Counted from the stretch's first letter, positions 1 through 10,432 are shown. The stretch: DNA of 64,000 nucleotides from a virus (IMGVR_UViG_3300042870_001966); one strand, 5' to 3'. Numbers and translations are program-made. Notes: generated from the letters alone by a model not told the origin.

Positions 1-1
1 T

Positions 2-439
2 GAGTCATCAGCTGGCCACGATACGGCCGGTGTAGCAATATTATACAATCAAAAAATTTTACTAGTTCATCCAACTAATGGAAGTTGGGTTAGACCAATC
101 ATGGGAATTCCAAAGGGCAAGGTCGAAGCTGGCGAAGACCTAATGAATGCTGCTCTACGAGAACTTAGCGAAGAGACAGGAATCTATCTTTCTCCAGATA
201 AATTAGAATTGCCCGTGCAGACAGTTGAAGTTTACGATAAAGACGGCAAGTACAAGAATGCACTACACTATTTCGTTTTCCGAATTGAGGATCTATCTGA
301 GATTGAGCTGGAGTCATTAACTATTCCAAAGAGCCAACTTCAGGCAGAAGAGATTGACTGGGCCGGATTCATCGATATCAAAGAGGCTTACTCAAAAGTT
401 TCGCGAGCCCAACTTATAATTTTAGACAGACTTTCCTAA
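2..439 (+). CDS. NUDIX hydrolase (5'-truncated; frame is open from the window edge)
   Basis: Nudix box GKVEAGEDLMNAALRELSEETG. The upstream frame reads ESSAGHDTAGVAILYNQKILLVHPTNG with no stop. Confidence 0.9.
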   Translation, partial: ESSAGHDTAGVAILYNQKILLVHPTNGSWVRPIMGIPKGKVEAGEDLMNAALRELSEETGIYLSPDKLELPVQTVEVYDKDGKYKNALHYFVFRIEDLSEIELESLTIPKSQLQAEEIDWAGFIDIKEAYSKVSRAQLIILDRLS

Positions 440-492
440 AACTAGTTCAAGTTTCCTAGTAGAATAATAATCTAAACAATATCTTTATTCAA

Positions 493-1059
493 ATGGAAAA
501 CTCACAAGAACTAGCAACCGACTTATTAGTTGAAGAAACTGTAATGGTCGAAGAAACTTCTCCAGAAATGGAACCAACACAAGAAGGCGGCGAAGAGCCT
601 GTACAAGAAATGTCAGAACTTGACATGCTTATCAATCGTCGTACTGGATACTTCCCAGTTAAATTAGAATTAGCTGATCTTAAATGGATCAAAAATGCAT
701 GCAATGGAGGTAAATTTACTTTCACTGGCCCTAATGAAGCATTCATGGTAATGAATTGTTTCTTGGGATTCTCTTCTGCAATTGCGCGATTGGAGCAGGA
801 ACAGGACGAAAACACTGAATCGAGTGGAGCAGTTCAAATTCAGGCATCTGCCCTAGAAGCTGCAGCAATTCTACTTAACAAGTTCGAAGGATCTAGCCTT
901 GAATCAGCACAACGTGTATTTCGTATCGCAGTAGCTCTTAACACTTCAGTAATGGAAATGAAAGAGCTTGATCGTATTATCCAAACTATCAAAGTTGGAA
1001 TGGCGAAACAAGACGAACTTGATAACTTGGCTAACGAAGAGGTTGTAAACCCTAGCTAA
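493..1059 (+). CDS. hypothetical acidic protein
   Basis: 188-aa ORF preceded by AGTAGAAT middle-type motif and followed by a terminator. Confidence 0.75.
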   Translation: MENSQELATDLLVEETVMVEETSPEMEPTQEGGEEPVQEMSELDMLINRRTGYFPVKLELADLKWIKNACNGGKFTFTGPNEAFMVMNCFLGFSSAIARLEQEQDENTESSGAVQIQASALEAAAILLNKFEGSSLESAQRVFRIAVALNTSVMEMKELDRIIQTIKVGMAKQDELDNLANEEVVNPS

Positions 1060-1077
1060 TAATTTATAAATTTTATG

Positions 1078-1103
1078 AAAAAGCCGCGACAGCGGCTTTT
1101 TTT
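1078..1103 (+). terminator. intrinsic terminator
   Basis: aaaaagccgc-gaca-gcggctttttt hairpin plus T-tract. Confidence 0.85.
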
Positions 1104-1107
1104 GTTT

Positions 1108-1115
1108 AGTATAAT
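1108..1115 (+). promoter_or_regulatory. middle-type promoter -10 (AGTATAAT), representative copy
   Basis: The same motif recurs at 4863, 7679, 10059, 24938 and 58204, each 6-7 nt before an ATG. Confidence 0.75.
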
Positions 1116-1122
1116 AATCAAT

Positions 1123-2412
1123 ATGAAAACATCAGATTTTAAACAGGTTGCCGAGTTCATTGAAGAAATGAAGGCTACTTCTTCAACCAACGATAAAAAG
1201 GAGATACTTAAAAAGTATGATACCTCGACCTTGCGTAAGTTATTTGAATACGTATACTCTCCGTTTAAGCAGTACTACGTTACCTCAGATAACTTGAAAA
1301 AGCGTCAAGATCTTACTGTCGATAGTTACGATAACTTGTTTCAATTACTTGACGATCTGAATGAACGTCGTGTCACTGGCCATAATGCTATACAGGTAGT
1401 TAATGGTTTTATTGCCAAGAATCAGGAGTTCGCAGATGTGATCTATGATGTGATAGATCGTAACTTAAAGACTAGAGCTACGGCTACTTTAATTAACTCA
1501 GTAATGCCCGGAACGGTTCCTACTTTTGATGTCGCTCTCGCTGAGAAGTTTGACGGAAATGAAAAGAAGGTAAATTTCGAATCTGGAGAATGGTGGGCAA
1601 GTCGTAAGCTTGATGGAGTTCGGTGTATTACAATAATTGACGAACACGGAGAACCTAAATTTTATTCACGAGCGGGCAATGAATTCTTAACTCTTTCAGT
1701 TTTAGCAGAGGACATTAAGAAACTTGGTCTCAGAAACAAAGTATTGGACGGAGAAGTTTGCGTTATGAAAGAAGGTGGACTTGAAGATTTCCAAGGAATT
1801 ATCAAGGAGATCGGCAGAAAGAACCATACGATTCAGACTCCAAAGTATTACGTATTTGACTTCTTAGAAATGGCTGAATTTAATAATCAAGCAGGGGAAG
1901 TTTCTCTTTCAGCTCGATTAATTATCTTAAATGCAATCGTAACTGACTTAACCTATGCAGAACCACTTCCACAATTTCAAATAAAATCGGTTGACGAATT
2001 TGAAAAGATTGTAGCTGATGCAACTGAAATGGGTTACGAAGGAGTAATGATGCGTAAGGATATTGGTTACGAAGGCAAACGCTCAAAGAATCTGCTTAAA
2101 GTTAAAAAGATGCACGATGCAGAATACGTCGTAATTGATCTTGAATCTGACGTAAATCGTATCATTGACATGGGAAAAGAGGTTGAGGAGGTCATGTTGA
2201 AAGCAGTAATCGTAGAGCATAAAGGCAATACAGTTAGAGTGGGTTCAGGTTTTAATATTGAACAGCGAAGATACTATCACAAAAACCCAAATGAAATTTT
2301 AGGTAAAACAATTACCGTTCAATTCTTTGAAGAAACTACTGATCAACACGGAGCTCATTCCCTAAGATTTCCAGTATTCAAAGCAATCCACGGTCAAAAG
2401 AGAGAATTTTAA
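1123..2412 (+). CDS. lig: ATP-dependent DNA ligase (T4 gp30-like)
   Basis: Adenylation motif SRKLDGVRC, plus EGVMMRK and RFPVF. Start moved to ATG 1123, downstream of the terminator and promoter. Confidence 0.93.
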   Translation: MKTSDFKQVAEFIEEMKATSSTNDKKEILKKYDTSTLRKLFEYVYSPFKQYYVTSDNLKKRQDLTVDSYDNLFQLLDDLNERRVTGHNAIQVVNGFIAKNQEFADVIYDVIDRNLKTRATATLINSVMPGTVPTFDVALAEKFDGNEKKVNFESGEWWASRKLDGVRCITIIDEHGEPKFYSRAGNEFLTLSVLAEDIKKLGLRNKVLDGEVCVMKEGGLEDFQGIIKEIGRKNHTIQTPKYYVFDFLEMAEFNNQAGEVSLSARLIILNAIVTDLTYAEPLPQFQIKSVDEFEKIVADATEMGYEGVMMRKDIGYEGKRSKNLLKVKKMHDAEYVVIDLESDVNRIIDMGKEVEEVMLKAVIVEHKGNTVRVGSGFNIEQRRYYHKNPNEILGKTITVQFFEETTDQHGAHSLRFPVFKAIHGQKREF

Positions 2413-2419
2413 TTTATAT

Positions 2420-2899
2420 ATGAGCAAACGAATAATTGTAGTCGGCAGAGCCGCAAGCGGAAAAGATTTTCTTCGTAAAAAATTCGAAGATAGAGGTTTT
2501 AGGTACGCAGTAAGTTACACAACACGCCCTCCACGCGAAGGGGAAGTTGAAGGAAGAGATTACTTCTTCTTAAGTCCAGAACAGGCAGCTGATCTAATTA
2601 AAAATGACGAGTTCTATGAATACGTTGAGTTTAATGGCTGGATTTACGGAACTACTCGTGACCAATTCGATGAGGATGACGTATTCATCATGACACCTAG
2701 TGGCTTAGCTCACCTGTCTGATGATGCGCGTAAAGAGTCATTGGTAATATTCTTTGATATTGCTGAGGATGTTAGGCGTCAACGTATGATGGACCGAGAC
2801 ATGCCCGGTGATTCAGTAGACAGACGATTAGAGGCCGATCGTAAAGATTTTGAAGGCTTCACAAATTATGATATAAAAATAACTAACCACGATTTCTAA
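2420..2899 (+). CDS. gmk: guanylate kinase
   Basis: P-loop GRAASGKD, YTTRPPREGEVEGRDYFF, YGT. Confidence 0.9.
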   Translation: MSKRIIVVGRAASGKDFLRKKFEDRGFRYAVSYTTRPPREGEVEGRDYFFLSPEQAADLIKNDEFYEYVEFNGWIYGTTRDQFDEDDVFIMTPSGLAHLSDDARKESLVIFFDIAEDVRRQRMMDRDMPGDSVDRRLEADRKDFEGFTNYDIKITNHDF

Positions 2900-2900
2900 T

Positions 2901-3329
2901 ATGGCATTTGAACTAAACGGAATAATCATTGAGATTTTCCCAGCACAGACTTTCAATAAAGGCTTTCGTAAGAGAGAATTTGTAATTGAATCGGGAGATA
3001 AGTACCCGCAAAAAATTGTATTTGGACTTGTACAGGACAAATGTGACATGATTGATTCTTATGGAATCGGAGATACTGTCTCAGTTGCGTTTGATGTAAA
3101 AGGCCGAGACTGGACAGACAAGTCAGGTCAGACAAAATACTTTAATAGCCTTGAGGCTTACCGAATCAACGGACAGCAGAGAGCTAACGTAAGTAAACCT
3201 GCTTCTGATTTTAATGATGAGGACGATGACGAAATCTTCCGTAGCCTTGGAATTGAGACCTCTGCACCAAAAAAATCAACATCGACTCAGTCTACTTTGA
3301 CTGATGACGATTTACCATTCGACTTTTAA
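2901..3329 (+). CDS. DUF3127-like OB-fold protein, probable ssDNA-binding protein
   Basis: FRKREFVIE..YPQKIVF..QDKCD..G..V.V.FD..GR.W pattern and an SSB-like acidic tail DDDLPFDF. Confidence 0.75.
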   Translation: MAFELNGIIIEIFPAQTFNKGFRKREFVIESGDKYPQKIVFGLVQDKCDMIDSYGIGDTVSVAFDVKGRDWTDKSGQTKYFNSLEAYRINGQQRANVSKPASDFNDEDDDEIFRSLGIETSAPKKSTSTQSTLTDDDLPFDF

Positions 3330-3331
3330 TT

Positions 3332-3958
3332 ATGAAATACGTATCGATTGATATTGAAACGACGGGTCTTGATCCAGAGACCTGTCAAATTTTACAGATT
3401 GGAGCTGTCATTGAGGACACCCTAAATCCAGCCTCATTGGAAGAACTACCTAAATTTCAGTGTATTGTGGAACACACTACGTATGTAGGAAGTCCATTTG
3501 CCCTATCTCTAAACTCTTGGATTCTAAAAATTCTTGGCGGTTTAGAGAATCTAACAAAGGACGAACGTCTCGCATACCGAAAGTATCATAACATTTTACC
3601 GGTTGGACTAGTAGCCCACTCATTTCAAATGTGGCTAGCTTCAAATGGTATCCCAGCTGAGGCGACTGGTTGCGTAAAAATTAATGCAGCAGGTAAGAAC
3701 TTTGCAAGTTTTGACAAAGTATTTCTGCAGAAACTTCCAAACTGGAGTTCAAACGTGCAGATTAGACAGAGAATCTTGGATCCAGCCATTCTGTTAATGA
3801 ATTGGAAAACTGACGAGAGCTTACCTAATTTACAGACGTGCATGGATCGATGCCAATTATCTGGAGAAGTAACCCATGATGCTCTGCAAGATGCATTAGA
3901 TGTAGTTAGAGTCATCCGAACTGTAACTAGTAATTATAACTTTGTTAATATTAATTAG
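3332..3958 (+). CDS. DEDDh 3'-5' exonuclease
   Basis: DIETTGLD, NFASFD, HDALQDA. Confidence 0.85.
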   Translation: MKYVSIDIETTGLDPETCQILQIGAVIEDTLNPASLEELPKFQCIVEHTTYVGSPFALSLNSWILKILGGLENLTKDERLAYRKYHNILPVGLVAHSFQMWLASNGIPAEATGCVKINAAGKNFASFDKVFLQKLPNWSSNVQIRQRILDPAILLMNWKTDESLPNLQTCMDRCQLSGEVTHDALQDALDVVRVIRTVTSNYNFVNIN

Positions 3959-3994
3959 GCTGAAATAGATAACATTATAAAAATATTACGTGTT

Positions 3995-4585
3995 ATGATT
4001 AAGACCTTTAAAACTTTTACAAATGAAGCACTTAGTCCAGCTATTTTAACTAGTTCAATTAATGAGTGTACAGCTAATCAACTTAAGAGTATTTCTGAAT
4101 TTAAAAGTACTTATAAAACTGAGTTAGATAAAGCAAATAAGATTGTTAACGTATACCAGGTAATTGATAAATTTAGTACCTGGCTAGTTGGTAAAACTCC
4201 AGCAATGGTCCAAGCTGCTCTATTAAATTCGCCAGGAACTGCTGATAAACTGGTAATTGAGGCATATACTTTCATTTATATGGAAATACAAAATCAATTA
4301 AAGTCAATTGGTACACTTAAAAAATCAGCACTTAAATTACTGGCTCCATCCGCTGCTGACTTTGATTCGCAAAAAACTGACTCAGACTTAGTGAATCAAA
4401 TTATACAATTAGTGGAATCGTTATTTGATGTAGGCTTTATGATTGGTTACAAATTTGACAGTAAGTCAATTGAGGCAAATAATGCTTCAAACTGGTCAGT
4501 TTCTTTTACCAAATCTCTTAATTCTAGGAAATCTTTAATATTCAAAAATATTAAACTATTAATTCGTAACTTTTTATATAACTAA
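3995..4585 (+). CDS. hypothetical protein with CTS-like N-terminus
   Basis: Begins MIKTFKTFTNE. Confidence 0.7.
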   Translation: MIKTFKTFTNEALSPAILTSSINECTANQLKSISEFKSTYKTELDKANKIVNVYQVIDKFSTWLVGKTPAMVQAALLNSPGTADKLVIEAYTFIYMEIQNQLKSIGTLKKSALKLLAPSAADFDSQKTDSDLVNQIIQLVESLFDVGFMIGYKFDSKSIEANNASNWSVSFTKSLNSRKSLIFKNIKLLIRNFLYN

Positions 4586-4591
4586 TTGTCT

Positions 4592-4864
4592 ATGACAAAA
4601 TTAAAAGAATGTTTATTATTATTTGCAATTCAGCTTGTACTGTATGGAATTTTATGCATAAATTTTAGAGCAGTTGCTGAAACTCAATATCACTTAGCAG
4701 CAGTTAGTGATTTTACAATAGCTTCACTAAATTTTTTCGTAATCCGAAAAATTGCAAAGAGCGAAGATTCACTACACCAATGGTTTGGTTATGTTACTGG
4801 CTCAGTAGCCGGGTCATATTTAGGAATTTGGTTATCGGTTCAACTAGCCAATACAATTTTGTAG
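4592..4864 (+). CDS. small membrane protein
   Basis: About three hydrophobic segments. Confidence 0.65.
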   Translation: MTKLKECLLLFAIQLVLYGILCINFRAVAETQYHLAAVSDFTIASLNFFVIRKIAKSEDSLHQWFGYVTGSVAGSYLGIWLSVQLANTIL

Positions 4865-4876
4865 TATAATAACTAC

Positions 4877-5851
4877 ATGAAAGATACTAACGTCCGTTTG
4901 GGTTACTGTTGCATTAACTTGTCTCTAGCCGACCAAAAAATTACAGCCAATCGAGGTATGATCCGTAAAACCTTTCAAGAAAAGGGCGTTTCATATTGTG
5001 CTGAGCTTGCGCATCAAAATATAAAAGATGTTCTAAAAATTCTACAATGGAATTTAGCTAATGGCATTTACGTATATCGAATGTCAAGCGATATTTTTCC
5101 ATGGATGTCAGAGTACGAAATTACTCAGCTTCCAAACTTTATGGAAATCTTGCCAGACATGCAGGCAATCGGCAAGTTTGTAATTGCAAACGGCATGCGA
5201 ATCTCAATGCATCCAGGCCAGTTCGATGTTCTGCCATCTCCCAATCCAGCGGTTGTCACAAAAACAGTCAAGGATCTGGACCAGCATGCGCAAATTATGA
5301 CCTTAATGGGCTTGCCAATTGACCATAATTATCCAATTAACATTCATGTCGGTGGGACCTATGGCGATAAGGAGTCCGCTGCTCAACGATTCTGTCAGAA
5401 TTTTCAACGTCTCCACGAAAATACTAAGGCCAGGCTTGTTGTCGAAAACGACGATAAGGCTACACAGTACTCGGTACTCGATCTTTTTCAATTAGTCTAT
5501 ACGAATATTGGCACGCCAATTACATTTGATTTCCATCATCACCGTTTTAACACCAGCGATCTTACTGAGGAAGCTGCACTCGCCCTAGCTGCCACTACCT
5601 GGGGACGCGTGACTCCGCTCACTCATTACTCTAGTAGTAAAAAAACATTTGAAGATCCGTCAGTTATTGCCAGATCCCATGCTGATTACGTTTACGAACA
5701 GATAAATACTTATAATCGCAGTTTCGATATTGAGATAGAGGCCAAGGCAAAAGACCTAGCCGTACTTAAGTATCGTGACTCTTCTGTGAGTCTTCTTGAA
5801 AACTACTTGGAGTTCGATGATAAAAGATACTTTGAAAAAATAGCAGACTAA
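4877..5851 (+). CDS. uvsE: UV-damage endonuclease (UvsE/UVDE)
   Basis: RLGYCCIN, YRMSSDIFPW, SMHPGQF, ENDD, FDFHHH, HADY, EAKAKDLA. Confidence 0.93.
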   Translation: MKDTNVRLGYCCINLSLADQKITANRGMIRKTFQEKGVSYCAELAHQNIKDVLKILQWNLANGIYVYRMSSDIFPWMSEYEITQLPNFMEILPDMQAIGKFVIANGMRISMHPGQFDVLPSPNPAVVTKTVKDLDQHAQIMTLMGLPIDHNYPINIHVGGTYGDKESAAQRFCQNFQRLHENTKARLVVENDDKATQYSVLDLFQLVYTNIGTPITFDFHHHRFNTSDLTEEAALALAATTWGRVTPLTHYSSSKKTFEDPSVIARSHADYVYEQINTYNRSFDIEIEAKAKDLAVLKYRDSSVSLLENYLEFDDKRYFEKIAD

Positions 5852-6112
5852 ATGACTGATCAAACTACTGAAGACTGCGGATGCGGTTCAACGCCAGCAA
5901 CTCCAAAACCTACGGTACTTAGCCGAATCATCGATAAAGTGTTTGTTAGTGAAGATCTAAAGAATCACCGAATGTCCATTTGCAAACAGTGTCCTCATTT
6001 TGGAGAGACCCTATCCCAATGTGGAATATGCGGCTGTTTTCTTGAAGCAAAGACTCGACTGGTAGGATTTCACTGCGCGCTAGATCAAATAGGCGAGCAA
6101 CCTAAGTGGTAA
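5852..6112 (+). CDS. small Cys-rich (Zn-binding) protein
   Basis: CKQCPH...CGICGCF...C. Confidence 0.7.
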   Translation: MTDQTTEDCGCGSTPATPKPTVLSRIIDKVFVSEDLKNHRMSICKQCPHFGETLSQCGICGCFLEAKTRLVGFHCALDQIGEQPKW

Positions 6113-6170
6113 TAAATAATCTTGAAATTTACTTTTAATTTCCTAGAGTCAATCACTGACTCTTTGAAAA

Positions 6171-6428
6171 ATGATAACCCTATGGACAGTGAGAGTCAAA
6201 ACTTGGAGACAAACCTTAATGGCCAACCTGGCAACATGGTGCATGATGATCGCACTGTTCTTCAATCCGTTCGGTTTCGATATCGTACAGTATTGGCTAA
6301 TGCAGGTAACTGGCAGTTTATGGAGAGCCAACTTCGTTTTGTACTGCATAGCGGCACTATTCTTTGGCTGCTCTTTCTACTTTCGTTGGCGATATAAAAA
6401 ACTTGTTAAACAAAAAAGGACTCTTTAA
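6171..6428 (+). CDS. small membrane protein
   Basis: Two hydrophobic helices and a basic C-terminus. The overlapping 6122 ORF looks less protein-like. Confidence 0.55.
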   Translation: MITLWTVRVKTWRQTLMANLATWCMMIALFFNPFGFDIVQYWLMQVTGSLWRANFVLYCIAALFFGCSFYFRWRYKKLVKQKRTL

Positions 6429-6440
6429 GAGTCCTTTTTT
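6412..6440. terminator. bidirectional intrinsic terminator
   Basis: aaaaaaggactc-ttaa-gagtcctttttt between convergent genes. Confidence 0.85.
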
Positions 6441-6458
6441 GTTAGTTATATTAACCGA

Positions 6459-7601
6459 TTAAACTGTATACAGACTACTTACAATTGGATAATTAGCGGA
6501 ATGTAAAAGTTGCTGTAAATCCCTATGGCCAGCAGCTGAATCATTAGCTAAGTGTATTTTAAAAGACTTAACGGTCTGTACTTGCTCACTATATGTTCCA
6601 GCATTTAAATGTGATCCAACTACCCATTTAGTAGTGTTTGTCCAGGTAATAGGCGTAATTACTGATAAATTGCGGCTCTCTCCGCCGTTCGCTCGAATGA
6701 TCGGAGTTTCTCCAGCTTTATGAGCGAAGGTAATGTACGTGGACGGTTGAGTTAGAGCCAAGTCATAGTCGACTTGATAACAAATCGATCCACTGATATT
6801 CAACACCTGAATACCTGAATCAGCTGTTCGAACTTGGTAAATTGCTTTATTTGCGACAGTGTCATATAATTCAAAAAGTGTTTTGTCAGGTACAAGTTCT
6901 CCAAATACTCCCTCAAATACAAAGCCATTCGAGTAAACGCTTGCAGCCGTTGCTGTGGTCTGTACAAGACCGCCTGCTCCTCCTAATACAAATCCGCCCT
7001 CCGAGCCAAGGCCGTTACCATTTGGGGTGACTCCAGTCGCGCTAATTAAATTAAAATCTTTAACTTTGAATGCAGCTGGAGCGTGTGTTCCAAATCCAAC
7101 GGATGTTGTGGGATTTGCTAAGTTAAACATTTCAGTGTCTCCTCCGCCGTAATAGCTTCCCAAGTAACCTGATTCAATATTCGCAACCGTTTGACAACCA
7201 GTCAGTGACTCTGCGAACGTATATTCTGGGTAATCACAGTTAATTAGTGCATATTTGCCGCTGGCCTTTAACCAGGCAAGTGTCTCTGTGTAACTCATCA
7301 GTGCATAATTATTTGCACTTCGGTCAGGTAGTCTACTTACTAATTCGGCGATTTTGTCAGTGTAGGTTCCAGTTCCATCGATCCACCAGATACGCGGTAC
7401 TGCATTATCTTCGGTGTCTATTCCTCTACTAAAAGTATCTGAATACAGAACTATATTTGTGTTTGGAGAAATACCCGCTCTCCATTTTCGAGCAGTGTCC
7501 GCTCGGTAATCCTTAGGAGTAAGTCCCAAAGAAACGGTTCCTATATGAATCGCTGCCGGTGATTGGCTAAGGCGATTATAACATACTGGATTTGGTGTCA
7601 T
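6459..7601 (-). CDS. putative virion/tail-associated protein
   Basis: 380 aa, Gly/Thr/Ser-rich and beta-type. Late ATAAATAA motif upstream at 7624-7630. Confidence 0.55.
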   Translation of the reverse strand: MTPNPVCYNRLSQSPAAIHIGTVSLGLTPKDYRADTARKWRAGISPNTNIVLYSDTFSRGIDTEDNAVPRIWWIDGTGTYTDKIAELVSRLPDRSANNYALMSYTETLAWLKASGKYALINCDYPEYTFAESLTGCQTVANIESGYLGSYYGGGDTEMFNLANPTTSVGFGTHAPAAFKVKDFNLISATGVTPNGNGLGSEGGFVLGGAGGLVQTTATAASVYSNGFVFEGVFGELVPDKTLFELYDTVANKAIYQVRTADSGIQVLNISGSICYQVDYDLALTQPSTYITFAHKAGETPIIRANGGESRNLSVITPITWTNTTKWVVGSHLNAGTYSEQVQTVKSFKIHLANDSAAGHRDLQQLLHSANYPIVSSLYTV

Positions 7602-7692
7602 AGTGTATAAAATTATTTGAATTTATTTATTTGCGAAAGTTTAGCAAGTCTTCGATGTAACCTTTTATTCTCTACTGTAGTATAATAATAGC

Positions 7693-7932
7693 ATGAGCTT
7701 TAATAAATATTTTATTCCAGAACCAGAAGTGGTTGCTGATCTAGTAAAGAAGAAAGGGCCAAAGGCTTTTATCTCCAGAAAAATAGATGCAGTGATCGGA
7801 AATCCAGTCAGCATAGATATACTAGATCACATCTATGAAGAGGTGACCTTAGGTAAAGATGATGCAACTGTGATGCAGAGCTTGCGTAAAAAATTTCCAA
7901 CCTATTTCAATGGCGAGTCCGTTAAGAGCTAA
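7693..7932 (+). CDS. hypothetical protein
   Basis: ORF directly after an AGTATAAT motif. Confidence 0.7.
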   Translation: MSFNKYFIPEPEVVADLVKKKGPKAFISRKIDAVIGNPVSIDILDHIYEEVTLGKDDATVMQSLRKKFPTYFNGESVKS

Positions 7933-8197
7933 TGATGTCTGTTTAGTAACACTAAGAGTTGGTGAAACTGAAGTACATAGCGGAGTTTCAAGCACATTCC
8001 GGTCAGCCTATAAACTTGCACTATTTGAGCAGGGCATCTCATTCCCAAATCTGCCAGAGCGTGCAGCCCTAACTGTAATGAACCGAAACGGTCAAGTATT
8101 TCTTTGGGATACTGGGAAATTTCAATACGAGGAGGAGGCCAGATGGTCGCCAGTCGGTAAAATGGCAATAATTCAAAAAATAAAAGTAAAGAGATGA
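7910..8197 (+). CDS. hypothetical protein
   Basis: Overlapping operon-style ORF. Confidence 0.6.
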   Translation: MASPLRANDVCLVTLRVGETEVHSGVSSTFRSAYKLALFEQGISFPNLPERAALTVMNRNGQVFLWDTGKFQYEEEARWSPVGKMAIIQKIKVKR

Positions 8198-8451
8198 ATT
8201 TAGAAAAACACGTAGTTATTTGTGACTGTCACTGTCCAGAACACCAGTTTATCCTAATCAAGGACACCACTGATCAAGAGGTTTGGTTGGAGGTCCACCT
8301 ATGTCCAACTCCAGGCTTCTTTCGGAGATTATGGGCAGGCTTAAGGTATGCATTTGGCTACCGGTCCAGGTATGGACACTTTGATAATATCCTGGTAACG
8401 CCAGAAGATCAGGCAAAAATAGTTGACTTGTTACAAACTAAACCACAATAA
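8194..8451 (+). CDS. hypothetical protein
   Basis: ATGA overlap with the previous ORF, CDCHCPEH motif, terminator at 8451-8477. Confidence 0.7.
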   Translation: MNLEKHVVICDCHCPEHQFILIKDTTDQEVWLEVHLCPTPGFFRRLWAGLRYAFGYRSRYGHFDNILVTPEDQAKIVDLLQTKPQ

Positions 8452-8496
8452 AAAAGGGAGCAAGTGCTCCCTTTTTTCTTTTTAATATCTGTAAAC

Positions 8497-8694
8497 TTAT
8501 TCAATAAGTCCCAATATTCTTGATTCCTGAACTGCCTCTAACTGACATGGGGAAATTCCTTCTCCAAATCTGTCAAGTAATTTCTGTTCAGCTTCTCCTA
8601 CTGAGCTTGCCTCAACTAAGTACTGTTCACGAATCTTTTTTGTTTTGCCGTTGTCGTCTTCCGACTCGAATCTTAATTTTGCTAAGTAATACAT
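8497..8694 (-). CDS. DUF4494-like protein
   Basis: Y.AKLRFE..DDNGKTKKIREQYLVEA.S..EAE resembles the Bacteroidota DUF4494 N-terminal domain. Confidence 0.7.
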   Translation of the reverse strand: MYYLAKLRFESEDDNGKTKKIREQYLVEASSVGEAEQKLLDRFGEGISPCQLEAVQESRILGLIE

Positions 8695-8739
8695 AATTTA
8701 TAAATTTATAGAGTGTTATACTGAGAATCTGGATTAGGT

Positions 8740-9216
8740 TTACTGTTTAGCAGCTGCTTGATTAGATCTCATCGATAACCTTTTACCAGGAGACTCAAAA
8801 CTAGATTTTACAGGATTGGCTTGCATAATTTTATTATCCTTTACCTCTTTGTCCTTCTTGAATACTTTATCGCCATTCATTTTCTTGGTCTTCTTCTTTT
8901 CGTTAAGATCAGAACCTTCTGCATACTGAGCCAATAGAGTATCAGCTTCATCTGCGAATTCTTCAGCAATTGCCTCTCCCATTTCGTCATTAATCATAAC
9001 AATTAAGTCATTCTCAAGGTCTGTTAATCGGGTAGCAGTGCCGTATTTTTCAGAGTAAGGGTCAATATCAATGCCTGCTGAGCTGTATTGATTCGCCAAT
9101 TCAATTAATTCTCTAGCCGTTTCGTGATAGAATCGGTCTGACTTCATATCCGCTTTTTGGTGAAAATCGTCAAAGCTTTCTTCGAAACTTTCAAATAGTG
9201 CAACGTATCGTTTCAT
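8740..9216 (-). CDS. hypothetical protein with CTS-like N-terminus
   Basis: MKRYVALFESFEE; late promoter at 9245-9251. Confidence 0.75.
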   Translation of the reverse strand: MKRYVALFESFEESFDDFHQKADMKSDRFYHETARELIELANQYSSAGIDIDPYSEKYGTATRLTDLENDLIVMINDEMGEAIAEEFADEADTLLAQYAEGSDLNEKKKTKKMNGDKVFKKDKEVKDNKIMQANPVKSSFESPGKRLSMRSNQAAAKQ

Positions 9217-9253
9217 TATGTTTTTGGTATAATTTTAATAAATTTATTTATCC

Positions 9254-10060
9254 ATGCCAGAAGGACCTGAATGTAGAAGAGTGTACGAAGGAATTGCCGA
9301 ATTTTCCAAAGGAAAGACGGTTACTCAATTTGAAGTATTAGGCGGCCGCTTCCTAAAGAGAGCACCGGACCTAGTCGTTAGCCCCAGTTTACCCACCAGA
9401 GTAGTGGGCGGTGGAGTTAAAGGCAAATTCATTTGGCTTGAATTAAGTGACGAGACCTGCCTCTGGATAACACTGGGAATGAGCGGGTTCTGGTCAACTG
9501 ACTTGAGACCACACAGCCATTTCCGTATAGGCTTCGATGATGGCACTTCGTTATATTTCGTTGATCAACGCAGATTCGGTACACTAAAGTTCATGCAAAC
9601 TTCAGATCTTGCAAAAAAACTGGCCGGCTTGGGGCTTGATATGCTAAACGATCAGACCTCAAGCATGTACGATTTTGTTAGAAAAGTTGAGTTACCTAAG
9701 GCTCAGAAGAAAACTGTAGCTGAAGCTTTAATGGACCAGTCGCTATTTGCCGGGGTCGGTAACTATATCAAATGTGAAATGCTTTACCGGTGCAGAATAT
9801 CCCCATATCGACTGGTCAGCGACCTAACTCAGGAAGATATTTGTGGATTATGGAATTGGGGAAAATTAATCATGCGATCTTCCTATACACAAGGCGGCGC
9901 CAGTATCCGAAATTATCGACAGGTAACTGGTGAGTCAGGTGGATTTACCTTTGACTTTGAAGTGTATGCACAAAAGACCGATCTATTGGGCAATCTGGTG
10001 GTTAGGGAAGAAACCTTAGACGGAAGAACCACTCATTGGGTTCCAAGTCTACAATTATAG
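9254..10060 (+). CDS. Fpg/Nei-family DNA glycosylase/AP lyase, zinc-less
   Basis: N-terminal MPEGPE, GKFIW, LGMSG, DQRRFG, H2TH motif DQSLFAGVGNY. C-terminus GRTTHWVP has no CxxC pairs. Confidence 0.92.
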   Translation: MPEGPECRRVYEGIAEFSKGKTVTQFEVLGGRFLKRAPDLVVSPSLPTRVVGGGVKGKFIWLELSDETCLWITLGMSGFWSTDLRPHSHFRIGFDDGTSLYFVDQRRFGTLKFMQTSDLAKKLAGLGLDMLNDQTSSMYDFVRKVELPKAQKKTVAEALMDQSLFAGVGNYIKCEMLYRCRISPYRLVSDLTQEDICGLWNWGKLIMRSSYTQGGASIRNYRQVTGESGGFTFDFEVYAQKTDLLGNLVVREETLDGRTTHWVPSLQL

Positions 10061-10072
10061 TATAATAGTAGC

Positions 10073-10432
10073 ATGAAAGATATTATCGACCTCGGAAATG
10101 AGGTATTTAGTCATCTAATAAAACAACACAGGGAACTTGAAGAGTCTCGTACGCTATTCCTGTATGGAATTACAATGGGAAATACGTGGTTTGTAATTGA
10201 TTCAGCTAATTGGATTATAGTAGAAGAAGCAGGTTTAACCTATAATTTTGAGGATCCTGAAATTGCCAAATTAGATGCAGCCTGGAAGGACTCTAAATTT
10301 CAAAAAGAGTTAATCGCGGCTCAACGGATAATGAAGGAGATTAGCCCTCAATCCAGAAACGTTAATCCACAGGACGGAGATACTTTTGAATTTTGGAATA
10401 ATGAAACTCCTTGGCGAGAAATAAACTTATAG
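10073..10432 (+). CDS. hypothetical protein
   Basis: ORF 6 nt after AGTATAAT. Confidence 0.7.
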   Translation: MKDIIDLGNEVFSHLIKQHRELEESRTLFLYGITMGNTWFVIDSANWIIVEEAGLTYNFEDPEIAKLDAAWKDSKFQKELIAAQRIMKEISPQSRNVNPQDGDTFEFWNNETPWREINL